Shown in pieces: positions 26,220-35,032 of a DNA stretch of 64,000 nt. Below the pieces are notes generated by a model that worked only from the letters and a program-made list of their open reading frames with translations, had not been told where the DNA came from and did no database searches. The stretch comes from Gemmatimonadales bacterium (GTDB lineage Bacteria; Gemmatimonadota; Gemmatimonadetes; Gemmatimonadales; GWC2-71-9). The DNA is taken from contig DASPXJ010000062.1 of NCBI GenBank assembly GCA_035637355.1, positions 7,550 through 71,549 on the forward strand. Direction: 5' to 3'. Each line of letters opens with the position of its first letter. Within the stretch, counting starts at the first letter, position 1. The position numbers and the translations under genes are program-made.

Positions 26220-27428
26220 ATGCCGAGCTTTGAATACACAGCGCGCAACCTGAAGGGCGATCTCGTCCGCGACAAGATCGACCTCGCGTCGCGCGATGAC
26301 GTCATTGCCCACCTGCGCAAGAACCGCATGGTGGTCGTGCAGGTCCGCGAGGCGAAGGGGAAGGGCGGCGGCCTCGCCGATTTCTTCAAGGCCGGCGTGA
26401 AGACGCGCGACGTCGTGATCTTCACGCGGCAGTTCGCCACCATGATCAACTCCGGCCTGCCGCTGGTGCAGGCGCTCGACATCCTGTCGCAGCAGACCGA
26501 GAACAAGGTGCTGGCCGACGTCACGCGCCAGGTCGTCTACGACGTCGAGAGCGGCCACACCCTGGCGGACGCGCTGCGCAAGCATCCCAAGGCGTTCACC
26601 GATCTGTACGTCAACATGGTGGCCGCCGGTGAGGCGGGCGGTATTCTCGACACGATCCTGCTGCGCCTGGCGCAGTTCCTGGAAAAGAACGACGCCATCG
26701 TCCGCAAGGTGAAGGGCGCGATGATCTACCCGGCCGTGATTTTCTCGGTCGCCGGCATCGCGATCGCCGTGCTGCTGATCTTCGTGATTCCGACGTTCCA
26801 AAGCATGTTTGCGTCCGTCAACCTGGCGCTGCCCCTCCCGACCCGCATCGTCATCGGGGCGAGCAACGTCCTCAAGAACTTCTGGTGGGCGATCATCGCG
26901 GTCGGAATCTTCGGCTTCGTGGCCGTGAACCGGTACTATAAGACGACGCCTGGGAAGCTCCAGATCGACAAGCTGATGCTCAGCCTCCCCGTGCTCGGCG
27001 ACCTGCTGCGGAAGTCGGCGGTGTCGCGCTTCACGCGCACCCTCGGCACGCTCATCTCGTCGGGCGTGTCGATTCTCGACGGCCTCGAGATCACGGCGCG
27101 CACCGCCGGCAACATGGTCATCCACAACGCGGTGATGGAGTCGCGCGCCTCGATCGCCGGCGGCGAGACGATTGCGGCGCCGCTCCAGAAATCGAAGGTC
27201 TTCCCGCCCATGGTCATCTCGATGATTGCGGTGGGCGAGCAGACCGGCGGCCTGGACGAGATGCTCACCAAAATCGCCGACTTCTACGACGACGAGGTCG
27301 ACGCCGCGGTCAGCGCGCTGCTCTCGCTGCTCGAGCCGATCATGATCGTCGTGCTGGGCGTCATCGTGGGAGGTATGGTGGTCGCGATGTATCTGCCCAT
27401 TTTCGACATGGTCAACGCGGTGCAATAA
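26220..27428 (+). CDS. pilC: Type IV pilus platform protein PilC (GspF family)
   Basis: Two GspF repeats (FTRQFATMINSGLPLVQAL; FTRTLGTLISSGVSILDGL), three TM segments, and the typical C-terminus PIFDMVNAVQ. Confidence 0.9.
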   Translation: MPSFEYTARNLKGDLVRDKIDLASRDDVIAHLRKNRMVVVQVREAKGKGGGLADFFKAGVKTRDVVIFTRQFATMINSGLPLVQALDILSQQTENKVLADVTRQVVYDVESGHTLADALRKHPKAFTDLYVNMVAAGEAGGILDTILLRLAQFLEKNDAIVRKVKGAMIYPAVIFSVAGIAIAVLLIFVIPTFQSMFASVNLALPLPTRIVIGASNVLKNFWWAIIAVGIFGFVAVNRYYKTTPGKLQIDKLMLSLPVLGDLLRKSAVSRFTRTLGTLISSGVSILDGLEITARTAGNMVIHNAVMESRASIAGGETIAAPLQKSKVFPPMVISMIAVGEQTGGLDEMLTKIADFYDDEVDAAVSALLSLLEPIMIVVLGVIVGGMVVAMYLPIFDMVNAVQ

Positions 27429-27431
27429 AGA

Positions 27432-27520
27432 GACGGTAAGGGATGGTAAGGGACGGTAAAGGACGGTAGGGGCCTCACACCCTTACCGTCCTTTACCGTC
27501 TTCTACCGTCCCTTACCGTC
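27432..27520. repeat. Long hairpin built from 4 tandem decamers (GACGGTAAGG-like) and 4 inverted decamers
   Basis: GACGGTAAGG GATGGTAAGG GACGGTAAAG GACGGTAGGG G - CCTCACA - C CCTTACCGTC CTTTACCGTC TTCTACCGTC CCTTACCGTC. The arms are about 41 nt and mostly complementary. The element lies between pilC and pilS and may act as a terminator, although there is no T-run. Confidence 0.85.
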
Positions 27521-27575
27521 GATGTGTGACCGAAACTATTGCATTTTGCCAGATGCCAGCCAATAATGGCCCCCC

Positions 27576-29234
27576 ATGCGGTGGCTAAATGCCAAATCGT
27601 CTGCCGTACCGACCCAGCTCCAGCTCCTTCGCCTGGTCTATGTCGGGCGGATGTGCCTGGCCACGGCCATTTACGTCACCGCCGCCCTGAAAATCCGGGT
27701 CGCCGCGCCGCTGGACATCCTCGCCACGTCCCTGATGCTCGTGACGGCCACGGGGGTCGCCCTGGCGTCGTACTGGCACACCCATTTCCGGCGCAGGCTG
27801 CCGGGGCCGACGTTCCTCTATCTCCAGGCGCTGTTCGACGTGCTCCTGATCACCGCCGTCGTCCACATCACGGGAGGGGCGGAGAGCGATCTCGCCAGTC
27901 TCTACGTCATCCTCATCGCGGTGACGGCGCTTCTCATGCCGCCGGCCAACGCCGGCCTCGTGACCTTGTTCGCCGGGCTCGTCTACTTCGCCGATGTCTT
28001 CTGGGGCCACTCCGCGGGCGTTACCGCCGGGATCTGGATCCAGCTGGGGGTGTTCGTGCTCGTCGCCGTCGTGACGGCCTATGTGGCGAGTCGCGTCAAT
28101 GTGATGGGCGCCGAGCGCGAGGCGCTCGCCGCGGAGGTGCGTCAGGTCCAGCTCGAGGCGGACGACGTGCTCCGCAACCTCCGCACCGGCGTGCTTACCG
28201 TCGATGCCGACGGTCGGCTGCTCTACGCCAATCCCGCTTCGGAAGAGATCCTCGGGTTTCGGGCTCGCGAGTGGCTGGGCAAATCCGTGATGCCGGAGTT
28301 CGCGCGGCTGGCGCCCGAGTTCTGGGCGGCGGTGACGTCCACCGCGCGGCGCGGCGTGCGGTTGATGCGCGTCGAGGCGACCGTACACCGTCCCGACCAC
28401 AGCTTCCCGATCGGTGTCACGACGACCACGCTCGATGGTCCTGTCGGCGCCCAGCCCCGCGTTTCGGCGATCTTCACCGACATCTCCGATTCCAAGCGTC
28501 TGGAAGAGCTGCATCTCCGCGCCGAGCGGCTCGAGGCGGTGGCGGAGCTGTCGTCGAGCCTGGCGCACGAGATCAAGAATCCGCTGGCGTCGATCCGCAG
28601 CTCGGTGGAGCAGCTGGGCCGCTCATCCCGTGCCAACCCGGATGAGAAGTTCCTGGCCAACCTGATCGTGCGCGAAAGCGACCGGCTGTCCCGGCTGTTG
28701 TCCGAGTTCCTCGACTTCTCGCGCGTGCGCGTGACCGAATGCCGGCCCATGGATCTGCACCAGGTGGCGGAAGCGGCGATCCGGCTGGTCCGCCAACATC
28801 CTGACTGCGGCGCCCGCGTCAAGATCACCCTCGAAGGCGACCCCACGCCCATGGAGGGCGACGAGGACCTGCTGCACCGCGTCGTCTCGAACCTCGTGCT
28901 CAATGCCGTGCAGGCGGCCGGTGCGAAGGCCGCGGTCGTGGTGCGCACCGGCCGCGCATCGGCGAACGAGCTGCCGGGGGCGGCGGGCATCGAGAACCCG
29001 GTCGCGTTGCGCGTCAGCGACAACGGCCCGGGCATTCCGGACGAGCTTCAGGAGCGCTTGTTCGAGCCGTTCGCCACCGGACGCGTGGGAGGCACGGGAC
29101 TCGGACTCGCCATCGTACAGCGTGCTGTGGAAGCCCACCGCGGCATCGTACTCGTTGACACGAAGGCCGGGGGGGGGGGAACGACGTTCACCATTTACTT
29201 CCCGGCCGCGCGTCGGAAGGAGGAAGCCGCGTAA
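27576..29234 (+). CDS. pilS: PilS-like sensor histidine kinase (polytopic N-terminus, PAS, HisKA, HATPase)
   Basis: About six N-terminal TM helices. PAS-like VLTVDADGRLLYANPASEEILGF. H-box ELSSSLAHEIKNPLASI. G-boxes DNGPGIP and GTGLGLAIV. Confidence 0.75.
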   Translation: MRWLNAKSSAVPTQLQLLRLVYVGRMCLATAIYVTAALKIRVAAPLDILATSLMLVTATGVALASYWHTHFRRRLPGPTFLYLQALFDVLLITAVVHITGGAESDLASLYVILIAVTALLMPPANAGLVTLFAGLVYFADVFWGHSAGVTAGIWIQLGVFVLVAVVTAYVASRVNVMGAEREALAAEVRQVQLEADDVLRNLRTGVLTVDADGRLLYANPASEEILGFRAREWLGKSVMPEFARLAPEFWAAVTSTARRGVRLMRVEATVHRPDHSFPIGVTTTTLDGPVGAQPRVSAIFTDISDSKRLEELHLRAERLEAVAELSSSLAHEIKNPLASIRSSVEQLGRSSRANPDEKFLANLIVRESDRLSRLLSEFLDFSRVRVTECRPMDLHQVAEAAIRLVRQHPDCGARVKITLEGDPTPMEGDEDLLHRVVSNLVLNAVQAAGAKAAVVVRTGRASANELPGAAGIENPVALRVSDNGPGIPDELQERLFEPFATGRVGGTGLGLAIVQRAVEAHRGIVLVDTKAGGGGTTFTIYFPAARRKEEAA

Positions 29235-30622
29235 TGGCCACCACCGCACCGTCTATCCTCGTCATCGACGACGAGCAGGGGATCCTCGAAACCCTGCGCA
29301 TCCTGCTGAAGAACGAGGGCTTCGACGTCACCATCGCGCAGGGGGGCAAGGCGGGTCTGGAGCAGCTCAAAGGCTCGGCGCCCGATATCGTCCTCACCGA
29401 CCTCAAGATGCCCGGCGTCACCGGCATCGAGATCCTTTCGGCGGTGCGCGGGCAGGATCCCGAGACGCCCGTCATCCTGATGACCGCCCAGGCGTCGCTG
29501 CAGACCGCAATCCAGGCCGTGAACGAGGGTGCTTTCTACTATATACAAAAGCCGTTCTCGAACGACGACATGGTGGCGATCTGCCGCCGTGCCGCGGAGC
29601 ACCGGCGCCTGCGGGCGGAGAACAAGCAGCTCAAGCAGGAGATCCGCCGCCGCGAGCGCTCCGGCCAGGTGAAGCCGCTCGGCAAGTCGCGGCTCTTCAG
29701 CGAAGTGCTGCGGCTCGCGGAGCAGGTGGCCCCGACCGAGAGCACGGTGCTCATCCAGGGGGAGTCGGGCACCGGCAAGGAAGTCATCGCCCGCTACCTC
29801 CACGAGCTGTCCGCGCGTGTCGAAGGGCAGTTCCTCTCGCTCAACTGCGGCGCGCTGCCCGAAAGCCTGCTCGAGTCCGAGCTGTTCGGCCACGTGAAAG
29901 GGTCGTTCACCGGAGCGGTGCGTGACAAGCAGGGACTGTTCGCCGCCGCGCGCGGCGGGACGTTCTTCCTCGATGAAATCGGGGAGATGTCCCCCGCCAC
30001 GCAGGTCAAACTGCTGCGCGTGCTGCAGGAGCGCGAAGCGATCCCGGTGGGGGGCACCGAGGCGATACCCGTCGACGTACGGGTCGTCGCCGCGACCAAC
30101 CGCGATCTGGAAGAGGACATCAAGCGCGGGCGGTTCCGCACCGATCTCTACTACCGGCTCAACGTCATCAACATCCACCTGCCGCCGCTGCGCGACCGGC
30201 GCGACGACATCCCGATCTTCGTGAAGGAATTCCTCGGGCACATCGCCGGCGAACGGAGCGAAGCGGCGAAGTCGCTGTCGCCCGAGGCCGAAGAAGTCAT
30301 CATGGCCTACGACTGGCCCGGCAACGTGCGTGAGCTCGAGAACGCGCTGGAGCGGGCCGTCACCCTCACCAAGGGGGACGTGATTCCGCGCTCCGCGATC
30401 CCGGACCGGATCAGCGAGCGCAAGACGGAGCCGCTGGTGGCGGAGCGTCCGCACCAGAATCCATCGCTCGACGTGATCGAGCAGGCGTACATCACGTGGG
30501 TGCTGCAGAGCGAAGGCGGCAACAAGACGCGGGCCGCCGAGGTGCTGGGGATCGATCCCTCCACGCTGTACCGCAAGCTGAGCCGGTACGAAGGCCCAGG
30601 CCCTGGCCCCGGACCCGAGTGA
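29234..30622 (+). CDS. pilR: Sigma-54-dependent response regulator (NtrC family, PilR-like)
   Basis: REC domain ([10 protein letters not shown]...[11 protein letters not shown]), AAA+ domain ([22 protein letters not shown]), and Fis-type HTH ([20 protein letters not shown]). The ATG overlaps the pilS TAA. The protein has a GPGPGPGPE tail. Confidence 0.8.
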   Translation: MATTAPSILVIDDEQGILETLRILLKNEGFDVTIAQGGKAGLEQLKGSAPDIVLTDLKMPGVTGIEILSAVRGQDPETPVILMTAQASLQTAIQAVNEGAFYYIQKPFSNDDMVAICRRAAEHRRLRAENKQLKQEIRRRERSGQVKPLGKSRLFSEVLRLAEQVAPTESTVLIQGESGTGKEVIARYLHELSARVEGQFLSLNCGALPESLLESELFGHVKGSFTGAVRDKQGLFAAARGGTFFLDEIGEMSPATQVKLLRVLQEREAIPVGGTEAIPVDVRVVAATNRDLEEDIKRGRFRTDLYYRLNVINIHLPPLRDRRDDIPIFVKEFLGHIAGERSEAAKSLSPEAEEVIMAYDWPGNVRELENALERAVTLTKGDVIPRSAIPDRISERKTEPLVAERPHQNPSLDVIEQAYITWVLQSEGGNKTRAAEVLGIDPSTLYRKLSRYEGPGPGPGPE

Positions 30623-30680
30623 CCCGATCGGCGCGGAGACGCTGGAGCAGCTCTCCGGCGCCGTCCGCTATAATCGCTGG

Positions 30681-31310
30681 ATGTTCGACCGCCTGCACCG
30701 CTGGATCGGCCGGCGCGTGCTCGAGATCGGCTCCGGCATCGGTAACCTCTCGGCGTTCCTGGCCGATCGCGAGCGGCTGGTGCTCACCGACACGCGGGAG
30801 GAGTACCTGACCCGGCTGCGGCAGCGATTCGCGGGGCATCCCAACGTCGCGGTGGCGCGCCTCTACCTGCCGCATGAGCACGATGCGCTCGGCGGCGAGC
30901 GCTTCGATACCGTCATCTGCCTCAACGTGCTCGAGCACGTGGAGAACGACATCGCGTCGCTCGTCGCGATCCGGGCGTTGCTGGCGCCGCGGGGGCGGCT
31001 CGTCCTGCTGGTGCCCGCACTGCCGGCGCTCTACGGCTCGATCGATCGTGCGTTGGGGCATCACCGCCGCTACACGCGCGCCGGGCTGGCGGCCCGGATG
31101 CGAAGCACCGGCTTCACGGTGGTCCACATCGAGTACTTCAACAGCGCCGGCATCCCCGGATGGTGGTTCGCCGGGCGGGTCTTGCGTCGCCAGACGATTC
31201 CGGCGGGCTCGCTGCGACTGTACGACGCGCTCGTCCCGCTGTTCCGGCTGGAGCGGCTGCTCCCCTGGCGAGTCGGTCAATCGCTCATCGCGATCGGCGC
31301 AGCGGCGTGA
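30681..31310 (+). CDS. Class I SAM-dependent methyltransferase
   Basis: Motif I VLEIGSGIGNLS and post-I acidic LVLTD. The VICLNVLEHVEND pattern is typical of Methyltransf_11/23-like proteins. Confidence 0.7.
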   Translation: MFDRLHRWIGRRVLEIGSGIGNLSAFLADRERLVLTDTREEYLTRLRQRFAGHPNVAVARLYLPHEHDALGGERFDTVICLNVLEHVENDIASLVAIRALLAPRGRLVLLVPALPALYGSIDRALGHHRRYTRAGLAARMRSTGFTVVHIEYFNSAGIPGWWFAGRVLRRQTIPAGSLRLYDALVPLFRLERLLPWRVGQSLIAIGAAA

Positions 31311-32038
31311 AGAACCTGTTGCTGTCGGTGGTCGTGCCCGCCTTCAATGAAGCCGCGACCGTCGAAGCCGCGCTCCGGCGGGTCCGTGAGGTTCCGCTCC
31401 GCGTCGAGATCATCGTGGTGAATGACGCATCGACCGATGGGACTCGGGAGATTCTCGACCAGCTCGCTCGGGATGGCGTGGTCGATCAGGTCATTCACCA
31501 CGACAGGAATCGGGGCAAGGGAGCGGGGATCCGGAGCGGCATCGCGGCGGCGACCGGCGATGCGCTCGTGGTGCAGGACGCGGACCTGGAGTACGATCCC
31601 ACCGACCTTCCGGCGCTGCTGCAACCGATCAGCACCGGCAAGGCCGACGCGGTCTACGGATCACGGTTTCAGGGTGGCCCGCATCGCGTGCTCTACTTCT
31701 GGCACTACGTCGGCAACCGGTTTCTCACGTTGTTGTCGAACATGTTCACCAATCTCAACCTGACCGATCTCGAGACCTGCTACAAGCTGGTGCGGATGGA
31801 TCTCATCAAGCGGCTGCCGCTGACATCGAATCGCTTCGGCTTCGAGGTGGAGATCACGGCGCGCCTGGCGCAGGCCCGCGCCCGCATCTGGGAAATGCCC
31901 ATCTCCTACGGCGGCCGCACCTACGCCGAGGGCAAGAAGATCACGTGGCGCGACGGTTTCGCGGCCTTGTTTCACATTTTGCGGTACAACCTGCTCGTTC
32001 CGCGCAACGCTCACACTTGGCGCTTACCACCGAAGTAA
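31307..32038 (+). CDS. Family 2 glycosyltransferase, GtrB/DPM1/ArnC-like (polyprenyl-phosphate sugar synthase type)
   Basis: GTG 31307 overlaps the upstream TGA. SVVVPAFNEA, VNDASTDGT and the VVQDADLEYDP (DxD) motif are present. Confidence 0.8.
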   Translation: MKNLLLSVVVPAFNEAATVEAALRRVREVPLRVEIIVVNDASTDGTREILDQLARDGVVDQVIHHDRNRGKGAGIRSGIAAATGDALVVQDADLEYDPTDLPALLQPISTGKADAVYGSRFQGGPHRVLYFWHYVGNRFLTLLSNMFTNLNLTDLETCYKLVRMDLIKRLPLTSNRFGFEVEITARLAQARARIWEMPISYGGRTYAEGKKITWRDGFAALFHILRYNLLVPRNAHTWRLPPK

Positions 32039-33513
32039 AGGCCGGGCTCGTCACCGCGGCCGCCACACTGGCCGTCGGTATGCTGGCATTGAATCAGGCG
32101 CTTGTGGGCGTTTTTTACGACGACGGCCTCTACGCCGGCCTGGCGACGGCGCTCGCGAGCGGCCACGGCTATGTCCATCCGAGTCTTCCTGGAATACCGG
32201 CTGCCGTGCACTACCCGCCGCTCTATCCCGTCGTGTTGGCGCCGTTCTTTGGACTCTTGTCTGTCGGCGGCGCGGCGCTGGCCGGTAAGGTCCTCAACGC
32301 GTTCTTCGGCGCAACCGCTGCCGGGCTCATCGTGTGGCATGCGACGCGCACCGAGATCCTCGGTCCAGGGCTGCGCCGCTGGGTTCCGGCAGCTGTGGTG
32401 TTTGGCGCAGCCGTTGCCATTCCTGTCCTGGCGACGCAGTCCGTGCTCTTCGCCGAGCCGCTGTTCAGCGTGCTGTTGGCCGTTGCCATCATGGCAACCG
32501 ATCGCGAATTCTCTCCTTGGATCGCTGGGACGGCAGCCGCACTCGCGTTGCTGACGCGATCCATCGGCGTCACGATCGTTGCGGGTGCTCTCTGTTTCGT
32601 GCTGGCGCGACGGGGGGGGGCGCAGCGCCGCAGGCTCGTCATCGTGCTGCTGCTCCCCCTCCTCGCCGCGGTGGCCTGGGGACTGTGGGTCATCACGCAT
32701 GCGCGCTTCATCGATCCGGCGCTCGCCCTCGGCTACGGCAATTACTCCGCGCACCTCCGGCAGGCCGGTCTCTCGGCGATAGCCGTCAACGTCCCCGACA
32801 TGTCGCGGCCGCTCGAGGCATTGGTATTCGGGTGGATTCCTGTACGCTGGCTCTATGACATCATCGCGACGATCGCGCTCGGAGTCGGCCTGTACGGCCT
32901 GGTGGTGGTATGGCGCCGCTCGGCGATTGGGCTGGCGCTGGTCTTCTACTTTCTCGTTCTCGCGGTTTGGCCGCACCCGCCCGACAGGTTCCTCTGGGCG
33001 GTCCTCCCCTGGCTGGGACTCGTTTGGGTAGCGGGGATGCTCGAGATCTGGCGGCGCTGGCCGCGTGCGCGCATCGCCGTCGGTTTCCTCGCGGCGCTGG
33101 TCGCCGGCGGGTATCTGCATTACGAGGTGCGCGGCTTCGCGGGCCGGTGGTGGGAGGCGCAGGCACGCGCGATTTCGGCCAATTTCGCCGAGCTGCTCCC
33201 CGTAGTCGGGAATCTTCCAGCGGACGCCGTGGTCGCGACGGACGACGAAGCCCTCGTCTGGCTGTACACCCGCCGCCAGGCGGTGCCGCTCTATCTCGAG
33301 AGTTATCGAGGGCGTGACGTGATCCGCCCGACGCCGGCAGAGCATCGCGCTTATCTCGAGCGCATGGGCGTGACGCATGTCCTGCTCGCCAGTGCGACGT
33401 CGCCTTCGGCGATCGAGCTGCGCGCGCTGCTCGGTGCCTACCCCACCTGGTTGACGGGCATTTATCGCTGGTCCGATGGCCGCTGGCTCTTTGCGGTGAA
33501 CCGTGGACCGTAA
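32017..33513 (+). CDS. Polytopic membrane protein, putative GT-C glycosyltransferase
   Basis: More than 10 hydrophobic segments. An FYDDGLYAGLA loop follows directly after TM1, as in ArnT/PMT/DUF2029-type GT-C enzymes. The start is TTG 32017 (keeps TM1) or ATG 32080. Confidence 0.5.
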   Translation: MALTTEVKAGLVTAAATLAVGMLALNQALVGVFYDDGLYAGLATALASGHGYVHPSLPGIPAAVHYPPLYPVVLAPFFGLLSVGGAALAGKVLNAFFGATAAGLIVWHATRTEILGPGLRRWVPAAVVFGAAVAIPVLATQSVLFAEPLFSVLLAVAIMATDREFSPWIAGTAAALALLTRSIGVTIVAGALCFVLARRGGAQRRRLVIVLLLPLLAAVAWGLWVITHARFIDPALALGYGNYSAHLRQAGLSAIAVNVPDMSRPLEALVFGWIPVRWLYDIIATIALGVGLYGLVVVWRRSAIGLALVFYFLVLAVWPHPPDRFLWAVLPWLGLVWVAGMLEIWRRWPRARIAVGFLAALVAGGYLHYEVRGFAGRWWEAQARAISANFAELLPVVGNLPADAVVATDDEALVWLYTRRQAVPLYLESYRGRDVIRPTPAEHRAYLERMGVTHVLLASATSPSAIELRALLGAYPTWLTGIYRWSDGRWLFAVNRGP

Positions 33514-35032
33514 AGACCGCCGGCTGTACCTCGCCGTCCTGCTCTGCGCGCTGGTGCCGTACGTGCCGGCCCTGTGGAACTCGTTCGCGATGGACGATCT
33601 GTACATCATCCTGTGGAACCCGCTCGTCCATTCGCTGCGGGGCGTGGGGGGCGCGTTCGCGGCGCCGTACTGGCCACCCGACCTGGGCGGTCACATGTAC
33701 CGCCCGCTCCCGCTGGCGACGTTTGCTGTGGACTGGTCACTCGTTCACGGTCATCCGGCCTGGTTTCACGCGATGAATCTGCTGTGGCACGCGGGCACGG
33801 CCGTCGCGGTCACGGCGCTGGTGCGTCGCTGGTCAGGCACGGCCGCCGCCGTCGTCGCGGGCGCGATCTTCGCCGTCCATCCCGTCCATGTGGAAGCGGT
33901 CGCGAATGTCATAGGCCGCGCCGAGCTCATGGCGGCGGCAGCCGTGTGTCTCGCGGTCTACGCGGCGGTGGTACGAGACAGCGTCATCTGGAGCGGCGTG
34001 GCCCTGTTGCTCGGCCTGCTGAGCAAGGAGAACGCCGCGGTGGCCCCGGGCCTGATCGTGTGGGCCTGGGCTCTTGGCATTGGGCCCCCCCCCTCCCCAT
34101 CGGCGGAGGCGCCCGTGCGGCCGACGCGCCGGCGTATGGCCGAGTTCGCCGTCAGCTGGGTTGTAATCGCGCTTGTTTACGGTGTCGTGCGATGGAGCGT
34201 GCTCCACCCCTACGAGCGGTATCATGCGATCGCGCCCGTGTTCCTGGGAGAAAGTGCATTCGCGGGGCGGCTGACCGCGGTCGCGGCGCTTACCGATGTG
34301 GCTCGCCTGCTCGTCGCACCGCTGACGCTGCGCGTCGACTACTCGCCAGGCGAGCGCACGATCGTGCGCTCGCTGCTGGACGGACGATTCGCGCTCGGCC
34401 TGGCGTGCCTGGCGCTCTGGGCCGTACTGCTCGTGCTGGCGTGGCGCCGCGGCAGGCGCGTCGAAGCCTTCGGCCTGGGGTGGATCGCCATCGCGTTCCT
34501 GCCTGTGGCGAATCTGCTGTTTTCGACCGGCGTGCTCATGGCTGAGCGCACGTTGTACCTGCCGTCGGTCGGTCTCGCAGTCGCGGCTGGCGCGGCACTG
34601 GCTCGCCTCGATGTCGCGCGACTGCGCGTTGTGACCGTCCTCCTGGTGCTCGCTGGAGGCGTTCGGTCTGCGCTGCGGACGCCGGTGTGGCATGACGACT
34701 TCGCCGTGACGCTGAGCATTCTCACCGATTCTCCCAACTCCTTCCGTGGACCGCAGCGGATGGCGGTGCACTATCTCAGCCATCGGCAGGCCGCGCGCTC
34801 GTTGGCTGCGGTGCGAATTTCGGAGCGCGCCTACGCTCGCGACCCGGCGATATACATCACGGGCGCCGATGCTGCATTTACACTCGGGCAATTCCGTGTC
34901 GCGGATTCGATGCTCGTGAATCTCGAGCAACTGTGCTATCGCTGCGGTGGGTACTATCGCATTCAGTCGCTGGCCGCCCGCCAGCGCGGCGATACGGCGG
35001 CCGCAGATTCTCTGTGGGCACGGATGCCGTGA
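33503..35032 (+). CDS. TMTC/PMT-like polytopic membrane protein with C-terminal TPR-like region (putative protein O-glycosyltransferase, GT-C)
   Basis: N-terminal YLAVLLCALVPYVPALWNSFAMDDLYII...YRPLPLATFAVDW resembles DUF1736/TMTC-type proteins. About 10 TM segments and a soluble tail. Confidence 0.55.
   Translation: MDRKDRRLYLAVLLCALVPYVPALWNSFAMDDLYIILWNPLVHSLRGVGGAFAAPYWPPDLGGHMYRPLPLATFAVDWSLVHGHPAWFHAMNLLWHAGTAVAVTALVRRWSGTAAAVVAGAIFAVHPVHVEAVANVIGRAELMAAAAVCLAVYAAVVRDSVIWSGVALLLGLLSKENAAVAPGLIVWAWALGIGPPPSPSAEAPVRPTRRRMAEFAVSWVVIALVYGVVRWSVLHPYERYHAIAPVFLGESAFAGRLTAVAALTDVARLLVAPLTLRVDYSPGERTIVRSLLDGRFALGLACLALWAVLLVLAWRRGRRVEAFGLGWIAIAFLPVANLLFSTGVLMAERTLYLPSVGLAVAAGAALARLDVARLRVVTVLLVLAGGVRSALRTPVWHDDFAVTLSILTDSPNSFRGPQRMAVHYLSHRQAARSLAAVRISERAYARDPAIYITGADAAFTLGQFRVADSMLVNLEQLCYRCGGYYRIQSLAARQRGDTAAADSLWARMP

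Noticed and set aside
23150-27425. Long minus-strand ORFs opposite pilB, pilT and pilC (643, 507 and 458 aa). Similar antisense or off-frame ORFs include 3821..5551, 10573..12633, 17065..18777, 18228..19622, 32011..33609, 33833..35083, 37079..38443, 45674..47509, 48866..50446 and 62268..63287.
   Set aside because: These are typical high-GC shadow ORFs. Their translations are dominated by Arg/Ala/Gly/Pro/His/Asp runs with no recognisable motifs. Each lies opposite a gene with strong family signatures and the expected codon-position bias.
30593-30616. GGCCCN hexamer x4 at the 3' end of pilR as another member of the tandem-repeat family
   Set aside because: The period is 6, so it simply encodes a (Gly-Pro)4 tail in one frame. 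It has no inverted partner and no sequence similarity to the 7/10-nt arrays, and is most simply a low-complexity C-terminal tail.
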